This document shows positions 1 through 13,200 of a stretch of 64,000 nucleotides of DNA, in pieces (within the stretch, counting starts at the first letter, position 1; every line of letters begins with the position of its first letter). The translations under genes and the position numbers were made by a program. The notes below the pieces were generated by a model. The model was not told the origin of the DNA. It made no database searches and was given only the letters and a program-made list of their open reading frames with translations. The stretch comes from the human T2T-CHM13v2.0 reference genome, Homo sapiens. The DNA is taken from NCBI RefSeq assembly GCF_009914755.1, contig NC_060927.1; one strand, given 5' to 3'.

Positions 1-2
1 GG

Positions 3-327
<325 letters not shown>

Positions 328-952
328 TCAAGGGCCATTCTTATAAGAGAAATGATTACCTTCTTCATCATGATTTTAGAAGTCAGATAATAAAGTTATT
401 ATTTAATTTTGTTTTTGTTTTATTTGTTTTCCATCTGGGACTGGCATTCAGAGACCCAGAGAGGTAAAACAGCCTTGACTGGCTACCTTGGGGAAAATAA
501 GTGCATCCAGATTCTGTTGTTTTTAGCAGGGGCAACTCACCAGACCCTTTATGTGCATGCTTTCTGATCCTCAATATTTAGATTACGGAGAAGCACTCTT
601 AAGAAACATAAGTGTCTGGGAGGCAAAATAGTAAAATAAACCTGTGCTAATAAAATAAAATGAATCAGGAAGATCCAAACAAGGTTCTCTTTGAACCAAA
701 GTGGCTGAAAGCAGAGAACAGATCTGCTAGAGTGACTAATGACAAATGATTTGTTTCCCCAGCTGGGGGCTGGGACTGTCCTCTGCAAATCCAGGACACA
801 CATTGTGCTCCGCGCTCCACTAAAGGCTTGAGTGGGCACTGTTCCATCTCAACAGCCCCTGGTTTGGAAAGGACATGATTGTCAAGGGGGTGGCCTCCAG
901 AACTGTGGTTTCCAGACCGTTCCCCGGTAACTGGCTTTTCTCTTCCATCCAG

Positions 953-1024
953 CTGACTGATGATCAGGGCCCCGTCCTGATGACCACTGTAGCCATGCCT
1001 GTGTTTAGTAAGCAGAACGAAACC
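953..1024 (+). CDS. CACNA2D3: CACNA2D3 coding exon (~exon 15), LTDDQGPVLMTTVAMPVFSKQNET, phase 0-0
   Basis: ttttctcttccatccag acceptor and ACC|gtgagt donor; 72 nt; translation matches alpha2delta-3 and joins in frame to the next exon. Confidence 0.97.
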
Positions 1025-1328
1025 GTGAGTACAGTCGCTGAGCTTCCTGCTTGATGCTAGGAGGGTGGTTTTCTCAGACCCCCTCTGACTCCAGCTCTGG
1101 TGACTTTTGATTTTTAAGCATAGGATGTATGTCATTTTTCCTTATTGTTTGATCTTGCTGTTAGAATCACCAAATCAAAAACAGATGAGAGGAACCCAGG
1201 CTGGCATCATTTTAGAGTTGGCAACACCTTTCCAAAGTTTAAGTATTAGAGGACCAGAGGAGGAAAAGCCCCAGAGACCATCCATGATTATGGTGCACTG
1301 ACCACTCTCATTTATAGTTACCAGCCTT

Positions 1329-1772
1329 TTATTAGTTTCCTAGGGCTGTTAGGAATGAAGTGCCACAAACTGTGTGGCTTAAAAAAATAGAAATTTCTTC
1401 TCTCACAGTTCTAGAGCCTGGAAGTCTGAAATCAAGATGTCAGCAGGGCCATGCTCCCTCTGAAGGTTCTAGGGAAGAATTTCTCCTTGCCTCTTTCAGC
1501 TTCTCGGGGCCCCCAGCATTCCTTGGCTTGTGGCAGTGTCACTCCAATCTCTGCCTCTGTTTCCATGTGACCTGTTCCTCTTATATGTCTCTCTGTGTCC
1601 TTCCCTGTTGTAAGGAAATCAGTCATGGGATTTAGAGCCCACGCTAAATCCACGATGATTTCATCTCAAGATCCTTAACAATTACGTATGCAAAGATGCT
1701 ATTTCCAAATAGCATTATATTCTGAGGTTCTGGGTGGACATGAACTTGGGGGGACACTGTTCAACTCACCAT
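1329..1772 (-). mobile_element. MLT1 (MaLR) solo LTR, MLT1C-like
   Basis: Characteristic ttagtttcctagggct...ccacaaact...ctcacagttct...aaatcaagatgtcagcagggccatgctccctctgaagg...ggggacactgttcaac segments. Confidence 0.85.
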
Positions 1773-1943
1773 AAAGCCTTAAAAAAATGGCCTTTCTGAC
1801 ACTGAAAAGTTTTAGCAAATCACAATGGCTACATGCCTTGGAAAATGGGGCTCCAGAGGCCTATTCCTTCACCTTGGTCCTCAGTTGGTAAAAGTGTTAG
1901 GGTTATTATATATTTCTCTTGCTATTTAGACTCTCTCTCCTGG

Positions 1944-1957
1944 GCACCAGATGGCAG
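1944..1957 (+). promoter_or_regulatory. Candidate CTCF motif / CAGATG E-box (GCACCAGATGGCAG)
   Basis: 13/14 match to CCASYAGRKGGCRS. Confidence 0.35.
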
Positions 1958-2361
1958 TGTAAATTGAGAAAGCAGTTAACATGCTGTCTTTCCTGTAAAA
2001 AGCTTTCATAAGAGAAACTGGTGAACGTTTAGAGCCCTTAGCTGCTGAAACTCTTGTGTTTCTTCAAATCAGTGTTTAATTTTCAAGAGAGGAGAGGGAA
2101 GCTATTGTAGTATCTTGGTAGGATTATGCGTTGGGGACTGTAGTAGTTAATGGTTGGCCTGAGAAGCTCTCATTTTACCCAGTAACATTTTGGGTGGAGG
2201 GTGGGGGATAGAAGAGACCATTCTTGGAGATATGGGTTAATCCTCAATCTGTATCAGTTTGGGGAAGGCACCAGGCAGACGGTATGTGACTTCTCGTGAG
2301 ATTCTATTTCTTTTGCCAAGTTAACTTACTGTTATTATAATTCAATGTTTATTTTCGACAG

Positions 2362-2442
2362 AGATCGAAGGGCATTCTTCTGGGAGTGGTTGGCACAGAT
2401 GTCCCAGTGAAAGAACTTCTGAAGACCATCCCCAAATACAAG
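2362..2442 (+). CDS. CACNA2D3: CACNA2D3 coding exon (~16), RSKGILLGVVGTDVPVKELLKTIPKYK, phase 0-0
   Basis: ttttcgacag acceptor and AAG|gtaatg donor; 81 nt; GVVGTDV is the conserved Cache-domain strand (GVMGVDV in alpha2delta-1). Confidence 0.97.
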
Positions 2443-2769
2443 GTAATGAATGACCTAATCCCTGAAATCAAAGCAACAGAGATGCCCAGAGCCTTGTTTT
2501 CACAAAGTTCAGGCTTCAAACTCTACTTTGGAGCGATGTTTTTGCTCACCACTATTACAGCCTGTTAGCTTGTCTTTATACCATCTGCACAGTTATTTAA
2601 AAGGTTTTTTTTTTATTATTTACAATGACTTGCTGTTTTTCTTATTTACCTCCTCTAACCTCAGTTTAAAGAATCAATGTTATATCTTAAGTTTTGACAT
2701 GATCATTGAATTTTTCTGATACACACAGGATATCAACATGACTGGTTTGCCTTTTAAAAAGATAGTCCA

Positions 2770-3141
<372 letters not shown>

Positions 3142-4049
3142 TCAAAAAGTGGGAGGGGGATGCCCTTGAGGCACAACCCAGGCACACAGCACTGCCCAAG
3201 AGTGCTCTAAATGTAGGCATGAGCATGTGCATGCCAGAGGCATCAGAGAGCAGCCCCCACCAGATCTGGTTGATTCACTGGACGAAGGGCTCCACTGGCT
3301 GCACAGGGGCGAACACCACATCCACCCCCTTCTCCCCCAGCACCAAGCTGACTGGCTAGCTGGTCTCCATTTCTGGCCCACTCAGATTAACGAGGGTTCT
3401 CTTTGTCTCCATCTAAAGGGAGCCCAGGAATCAGGGATTATTGGCTGCCAGGGGCTTCTTTCTTGGCACCACCCTCCCTGATGTGCTGGGGCCTGATTCA
3501 CCACAGCTGTGAGGGGGACCTGGGCTTTCCTGGGCCTCAGGTGGAGGCAGGCAGTGGTTAGAGCTTGACTCTGCAGGTTCCTGGCTCCATCGTTGATGAG
3601 GTGGGTGTGGACAAGTCCCTCCAATCCCTCGTTCCCCAGCTTCATCCACCAGGGCTTTTATAATTGGAGTTAAGTTCCCAGAGGCATGAAAGGACATTTC
3701 ATTGATCCAAACCCACATAATAAATATTGGAAACTGTAGTTCCTGAGAAACTAAAAGTCAAAGATGGAGATGAGGGAAGACTTTGAGGCCCCTAAAGATA
3801 GTGGACTTGACTTTTGATGAAATTGCCAGACCTAGGTGTCCAGAACTGCTGGCTCAGTTTCAGAAAAGGCATCCCACCTGTAGAGAACTTTTCCAAACAA
3901 TTCTTGAGCCTCTTATTTCACATGAGGAGATTTAGAAACCTAAGCACCGAGCCACTACTTGATACGTGTCCAATAAATCAAGAAAGAAGGAACATGACAA
4001 GGAACCAGTAACAATTATCCTTTGTGTCCATTTCTCCAAGCTTCCTCTA

Positions 4050-4502
<453 letters not shown>

Positions 4503-4513
4503 AAGAGCCATGA

Positions 4514-4816
<303 letters not shown>

Positions 4817-6288
4817 CCAAGAGCCATGATTTTAACCTCTGTAACCACAATGCTACCAAGAACAATAAGAGCAATGACAATCATAATAGTAATAGTTAAA
4901 ATGATAATAATAACTAAAATACACTAAAACATTTATTGAACTTCTTACTATGTGGTTGGTGTCATCCAAAGTACTTTACATGCATTATTCCTGTTGAATT
5001 CTTATTACATTCCCATGAAGTGGGGACCCTTCGGCCTCATTTTTACTTAAGGATGCTTGAAATAACTTTCTCAACATCATTCTGCTAGTAACAGATGAAG
5101 GAAACGAAGCATAACAAGGGAATAGAGGAAGAAGATCAACTATAGAAAATTAACCAGCAGTGCTTGAAATGCAGGCATGTGTGTTTTGTGCTTTTCCAAG
5201 GGTCAAGCTGGGAACCATTGACGTAGATATGGCATAAGTTAACCTAAGGCATCCTTCCCTCTGGTTCCCATACAGAGCTTTGTGAAAGGGGTACGTGTCA
5301 GCCAGGGACAGCCATGGCCAAATGGGCCCCTCTCATCCAGGAGAGGAGAGCTCCAGGGAACAGAGTTCAGGTCACACCTTGCCCTCCTGATTAACACCTT
5401 GTAAAGATGAGTCAGCTCTTGGCTCTTGGGGTTTTCCCAGAAGATAGAATTCTTTCTTTCTCCCTTAGCTTCATAGATTTTCCCACAAGCAATCAGACTT
5501 CCTGTAATTTTTATTAAGAATTCCAGACACCCCAGCAATAATTTCCAGACACCACGACCTCTGTTAACATAACGAGCCATTTTATAATTGGGTTCACTTC
5601 ATTAGCCCAGACTCTCCAGTTGGAAGGGAAGTGCCTCCTTTCCCCAGGCTGTTGGACCACGTGGCTTCTGGCCTCCAGGAGAATATGCCTCTGGTCCAGG
5701 GCCCCTTTGGCAAGCCCAAGTGCTGGAAGGCCTTGTGTCCGATCTGTTCTCCATTACTCCATGGCACTGTACATTAGAATGGACAGGAAGACTGGTTCTA
5801 TTTTGGATAAAACCAAAATTAGCGATTTCATCAGTGTATTGATTTGTGGCCAAAAACTAATGTTGGACTTCGTCATATAAGCTTTTAATTATTTGAGAGA
5901 CTCATCCACAGAATGTGTTGTATTTTGAGATGTGGTCAGAGCTGCCCTTCCTTTGTCTACATTAGGATGTAGCTATATGCCATCAACCAACACACAAAAC
6001 ATTCTGATGTTATTTTCTCAGAATGCTTTCCTGGGGAGGATTTTAACCAGTTTCTGAATATCAGGAAGACTTTCTCAGGTACAGGCTTAAGAAGGACTGG
6101 CTGTGCATCTCCTGGAGCAAATTGGCTTCTCCTTTTCAGCTTGTTTTTAATATTTACTTTAGTTGGAATTTTCAAGATGAGCTAGGTAACATTTGAGTTA
6201 AGTGGCAAATGTCTAAAATACACAAACTGTAACTGAATGCCTGCCACATGCCTGACCTTGTCCTAGGGACTGTAGAAGTCAAAGGTAA

Positions 6289-6696
<408 letters not shown>

Positions 6697-6776
6697 ACCT
6701 CCAGTTCTTTCTAGGACAAATCAGAGGAAGGAAAGAGAACTACCTAGGGTTGAGAGGCGGAAAAGTGAGTGTAGCT

Positions 6777-7056
6777 TTTTTTTTTTTTTTTTTCTTTGAG
6801 CCTTACTCTGTTGCCCAGGCTAGAGTGCAGTGGTGCAACTTCCACCTCCCGGGTTCAAGCGATTCTCCTGCCTCAGCCTCCCGAGTAGCTGGGATTACAG
6901 GTGCCCGCCACCATGCCTGGCTAATTTTTGTATTTTTAGTAGAGACAGGGTTTCACCATGTTGGTCAGGCTGGTCTCGAACTCCTGACCTCAGGTGATCC
7001 ACCTGCCTAGCCTCTCAAACTGTTAGGATTACAGGCATGAGCTACTGTGCCCAGCC
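6777..7056 (-). mobile_element. AluS SINE, antisense, small internal deletion
   Basis: Alu body lacking part of the atctcggctcactgc segment; TSD agt(g/a)tagc. Confidence 0.93.
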
Positions 7057-7099
7057 AAGTATAGCATTTTTAGATGCTAGAGTAAACATAGTGATGATG

Positions 7100-8080
7100 G
7101 TATGGAAAGGACAAAGCAAAGTGCAGGTCAGGAGAGCCTTTTTACAAGAGATGAGCTGAGGCTGAGCTTATAGCATGGGTGAGGATTAGCCACAGGGAGA
7201 GAGAAGGAGGGGTGCCTTGGGTAGCAGGCACTGTGACAATAAAGGTCTGGCTGGGAGAGAAAATTGCAGGGGGATTGTTACTGCCGTGTGCCTTGAGTGG
7301 CAGTGAGTGGAGGGAGGCAGGGTTGGGTACTCAGGCAGGGGCCAGACCCCAGGGAGACCTGATGAACAGGCCTATGGCTCTGTCTTACATATGAAAGGGG
7401 TTGTTAGTGGCTGTCACAAAGGAAAGCAACGTGGTCAGAATTATCTTTGACTTGGATCAACCTGGAGGATGGTTTTGTTGGGGTCAATCTCTGAGGCAGG
7501 AAGAGCAGTGAGGACCATTGTGGAAATCTATTGAATTAATATAGTAGTGGTACAGTTGGGTAGCAGGATGGAATTGGAGCAAACCTGGAGAAAAACATTA
7601 GTAGGATTTCATACTACTGATGCTGCAGTTTCTAACTGGGGAGTCTGTGTGGTTGGTGGTGCCGCCTACTGAGAGAGGAGGAAGAAGAACAGCTTTAGAA
7701 GAACTCCACTGTGACTGGGTGAGTCTGAGGTGCCAGAGCAATGGCCAAGAAGAGATGACCACTACCCTGTTGGATACTTGGTTTGCCACTGAAGGGGGAG
7801 ACTGAGGCCAGCACATGGATCTGGGGAGCAGCAGCACAGAGGTGGTCACTGCAGCTTATTGAGGGAGAGGAGAGCTAAGGCAGACAGTAGGTACTGGGGA
7901 CAGAATCTTAGGGAAAATGAGTACTTGAGGAATGGGCAAAGGACAAAGATCCTGTGAAAAGGAGAAAGCCCAGGAGTATGGGACCTGGAAACTGAGGGAA
8001 TAGTGTCGAGGAAGAGGAAGCAATGGGCTAAGAAAAGTAGGAAGATTTGAGGGAGAAAATCCTGTAAGGTTTGGCAATGA
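7100..8080 (-). mobile_element. LINE-2 fragment
   Basis: Purine-rich degenerate L2-like motifs; boundaries approximate. Confidence 0.6.
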
Positions 8081-10188
8081 AGAGGCCCCTGGCAACCGTA
8101 GAGAAAGGGATTTCCATGGCATATTTGGTGGTGGAGGGAGGGCAAAGGCAGAATGCAGTGGGTTGAGGCATAAAGGGGCAATAAGGAAACAGAGATGGCA
8201 CTTGGTTAATGAATACAGGACATTGGGATGGGAAGATGAGCTCAGCGTCTGCATTCTGGGGGAGGAAGCAGAGAGTTTAGCTAAGCTGTGTAGAATCTGC
8301 ACTAAATGCAGTTTCTTCTATTGTTTCCCTACTTCCACCTTTTTCTCTTTCTTCTTTCCCTTCTCATCTCTCTATTCCAACCACCCCGCCATATATTGTT
8401 AACCGCACGATAGGACCTTTGCCCTCATGAAACTTACATTCTGGTAGGGGAGGCAGGCATGAAATAATCAAAAGTCCTGATTACTTATACTCAACCCCAC
8501 AGATAATTGATTATTATAATTTTGATAAGTACTATAAGAGTACAGGCATTAAGAGGAGTCCTGCCTTCTTTTGAGGATTGCTTCTCACAAGCAAAAGAAG
8601 AAGAACCAAAGTAATGTACATTAGAAGGTGCTGAATACATGAGCTGACTATAAAATATTATTTGTTTTGTTTAATTTTGAGTTTGAATTCCCAAATACAA
8701 TTTTTGCCTTTAATGGAAAAAGCCAAACTCTCAAGATTTTTTTTTGACCCCTCCAGTCCATCTGAAACTAAAACATAATAATGGTAATTAATGCAGCGTT
8801 GACTGTGTCTGACATTTTTCCAAGAGACAAGATGAAAGAGACGATATACATCTCAAAGGATAGGAAATCTCTGGTTTATCTTTCACAGCATAATGAAATA
8901 TACTTTTATCATTAGAGTCAAGTAGAATCTTATTAAGACTTGCTGTGCAAGGTAACTCCAGGGAAGACGTCTGTTGCCCTTGACTACCATGTGCATATTT
9001 GCTTTATGTAGTGCAACGGAAACTTTTAATTGCCAGTGTTAAATTCTCTGAAGTTAATTTCACATCACCTTGACGTTAAGCTAACAGGCAGACAGGGTCA
9101 TTCCTGGTTTGTAAACTCTGTTGTCTGGATCATTTAATAGTATCATATTCAAGAATGTGAGTGGCAGAGAATTTAAAGAAAATTAACAGTGGGGCTCAGA
9201 ACTGTGAAAAAACTCCTCAGGAAAAAAAAATAGAGGATTTCTTTTTTCTTCTCCCCTTTCACTGCTCTGGCAAAACTGGGTTACATTTTCTTTCTTCAGA
9301 GAGACAGATCAGTATGGGTTTTATGCCAGAGGCCGTTTTAATACATGAATGATTTGTAGGTAAATTTATTGTAGCCAATGGGTGCAGTCAACTGTGTAAT
9401 AGAAATATTGTCAAAAAGCCGGGATTATTATTTAAATAAGTGCAGTGTTAAATTTGATTACATACTTTTTAAAGCTAATAAAACATTTCATTGCTCACAA
9501 ACTATTTCCCATAGTCCCATTTAGTCAGAAAACATAAATCAAGTGAGGCTCCGCATAGAAAATTACCCAGGCTTTGTGTTGATGGAAGCATGCATGGAAA
9601 AGCTAGGCAGCCACACAATTTGAAGACGAAAGGATATGAAAAGGGTTGCCAGGCTCCTGTGTAGGCTGGGACAGGGGGACACTTTATATTTGAAGAATTA
9701 TGGAAAATGACGGCCTAGGGGAGCGCCAATTTGAGATGGCCCCTGTGGGCGTGGAATTATACGAAGTCTAGAAGTGAGGCAGCGTGGGGACCCCTCTTTC
9801 CTTATTACAGGCAGAGAGAAGGCACCTCCATTGATAAAGTTCTGTGCACTTGGACATAGGGTCTTTACAGAAACATTAGCCACTTTCTTGTTAAAAAAAA
9901 AAGGTAATTGTTTTGTTTTAAATAAATCAAAATAAAGCCCTTGGATGCCAATGTGGGGATGTGACATTTTAAATTGTGCTATTTGTTGAGCTTATCCTCT
10001 GACAGGTCTTCATTTCCACCAAATGTCAAGGATCAGTGCCTTGCATTCATTTTAATGAAATATTGTGCTGATAAGGGTTATGAATGACAAGTTAAAGCTG
10101 TAAATTACTAAATGCCGGGCTGCTTTATGCTTTGTGAATTCACCAGGGAGCAAGCTAATGAAGGTTTCTTTCTTGCTTCCTCTTACAG

Positions 10189-10263
10189 TTAGGGATTCAC
10201 GGTTATGCCTTTGCAATCACAAATAATGGATATATCCTGACGCATCCGGAACTCAGGCTGCTG
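10189..10263 (+). CDS. CACNA2D3: CACNA2D3 coding exon (~17), [25 protein letters not shown], phase 0-0
   Basis: cctcttacag acceptor and CTG|gtaaga donor; 75 nt; GYxFxxxxNGYxLxHP Cache motif. Confidence 0.97.
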
Positions 10264-13200
10264 GTAAGAGAAATTATGTACTTCTGCATTTCTGCTTTTA
10301 TGATTTTAAAAGATTTCCTTCAATTCAACAGTGATGACACTTTGCTGCAGTTTTCACTTTTAAAAAACTATTGAATTCATAGCATTGTAAAGATTGTTAT
10401 AGAGTTTATAAACTGGTATTTGGACACATAATACATAAATAATGTTGGATAAATATATTTACCATTATGATTTTGTATATAAAGCCATATATGTGTATAT
10501 GCATTTATTTATTTATCTCACATCTGCCAACATATGGAAAATTTTTTTAACTCTAGACAGCATGAAACCTATCATAACGGGTCCCTTGATGTAATACATG
10601 GACACTCATACTCCAGCTCTAGACCCACTTACTGCAAGTCTAATTTGACACGATAAATTAGACCCAAGATCCCTGGAAATTTATTACAATGGGATTTGCC
10701 CCCAAATTACATTACTTAAGCCCAGTGTCTTGTGGATAGAAGCTATTCAACAGCTTTTTTGTTAAATCAGGGCAGCTGAGATTTTTCTCTGTTTCCTGCC
10801 TATGTCATATCCAGTAGCATTGCTTGGTGAACTGATATGTAAACCACTTTCTTTCTCTCAGTATCATTTTTACTGTCTCTGAAGTGAGTAGGGTTAGGCC
10901 AAATCCAAAACAGCCCATGGTAGCATCAACCCACATCCCTGGGCAAGGCTGCCCTTGGGGCATTGGCCACAAGTGTGCCACATGTTTGCCACCCCTGAAC
11001 TAGTTGCAGTGTGTTGAAAAAAGGACATCCCTTTGGGTTTGTGTGTACTTATCTAATTTTTAAAGAAGATATAGAATTATAAAGAGTAATGCAGTGAACA
11101 CTGTTTTTTAAAGTTAAGAAAGTGTAGATCGTTTTCTTTAGCAATCAACAAACACACACGTACCTATATGCACATACACAAATGCATACATACCCATCCA
11201 CCCCACCCATCTTTTCCCATTCATCAGAATGAGAAAGTAGCGGCAGTGCCTGCTATTCAAATGTTTGTTGGCAAAGCATTGTGGGGACCAGTTCACTTCT
11301 CACTTGCATCATTGTTTAGAAACAGTTCATGTGAGAGCTCCATCATCATGCAACTTTGCTCTAATCGCCCTGGTATTAATGGAGTCATGACCACATCATG
11401 TGGATGCCATATGCATGCTTTAAGATGGGCCTTATGGTAATATTCAATTTCAACAATCTTTTTATCAGAAAAGGACTGAATTAACTAGTTGGCTAATTCC
11501 AAATGTAACTCAGAATTATTGAAAAGTCTGATTGAAAAAGCGGCTGTCTTTTTAAAGACATTTAAGTCCAAAGACATATTGAAGTTTAAAACTCTTAGCA
11601 CATTACCCATCTCCAGGTTGCCCAGTTGGCATCATTTGTTGGAAGTAAGAGAAGTTACAAGTTTGCGTGACAGAGTTTGGACTCCTAGTGTGTATTTATT
11701 CCAAATTGGAAAGGAACAGAGTCCATGAAACAATCAAACCCAAATCTTCTACCAGTAAATGGATTAATTTCCTATTTATCATTGCCTGTCATTTAAAGGA
11801 AAAATGAAATGGAATCAGATGTCAGAAGTCACCAAGGTAGCATCTTTCTCTCTGTGGCAATGGAAATGATTAGCTGCCCGCCACACAGTCGACTCACAAT
11901 GTGAACTGGTCCCCACAGTGCTTTGCCAACAAACATTTGCCTAGCAGTCTTTTATGTCTTCTGGCCCTGCAGCAAATGGTGTGTTTGTAAATAGTCCATC
12001 TGATGCACTCTCCAGAGCTGTGGCCCCTGAGAGGGCAGCTGAAAGGCTCTTGGAAAAGCAGACCAACTCCATCAATGCTGTTCATCTCCTAAGAGTACAG
12101 ATACTTGTAAACACATGCCATTGCTGTTCTTCTGTTGACACACCAAAAGTGGTAGTGGTTGCTAGGGTCAAAAGTGGTGGTGGTTGCTAGGATTTTGGCC
12201 ATGCCATACATGGGGTGGCCCAAACAAATGCCCCATATTCTGTTTGTGAGAACCCAAACCATATGAACCATGTTGCAGCTGATCCATGACAAGAACATAA
12301 GGAATGATCAGACCTGTTGGTCATCTGTCCCATTCATCTGTCTCTCACCCTGAGGCCATCAGATACTTAGAAGAAGTTTAGGGTGATACCAACCGTTAAG
12401 CATTACATGAATTAACCCATCTGAATGTGGTCAATAAGTGTATGTTGACTCTGACTTGAGTTCTGCATTTTCCTTCTGAGCAAAAGACGCAGCATAGTGG
12501 GAGGGACTCAATTCCAGCATCACACTGTGAAGCTCAACTCCTAGTCCCACTACATCCACACTATGTGACTTTGGGCAATCACACAGGCTCCCTGAGCTGC
12601 ACTTTTCTCTTGCAATCCTGCCATAACCATAGTGCATAGATCGTAGCTTGTTGTCACAGTAAATGAGATAATGCAAGCAAAGGACCTGGTGCAGAAAAGC
12701 AGGCCCCAGAATATCTCAGAGGCAGTAGTGGTTATTTGGACATCTTGTTTGTGTTTATTTTCTATTGTTCTGTCCTCAGCTTCCGTAAAGGTTGGAAGAA
12801 CATGGTGGTAATGGATGCTTAAAGAGGCAACCTAAAGAGCACTTTTTGATTATTCAGGTGATTCAGGTTTTTGTGATAGACATTGGGAAGGGATCGTGTA
12901 CATACACCATCAGTTTTCTTTTTGGTTCTACGGCAAGCTTGGCCAACTGTGGTCTAGAAGACAAGTAGACAACTTGTACTAGAGGTTCTATGTGAGTCCT
13001 ACCATGTGAAGAAACCAAGGTTGTTTGTTTGTTTTAAAGGTAGCAATAAGAATAATACTAGCAGCCACAGTAGCTAAAGAATGATAGCTAAGAGTCAGCC
13101 GGCATGAATACCCGTGGCTCTGGCGTGCACAAGTTGTTTGTTCATCTCTGTTTTGTTCACTTATCCCTGCTTTCCCCCTCCTCCTTCCTTAACCACCAGT

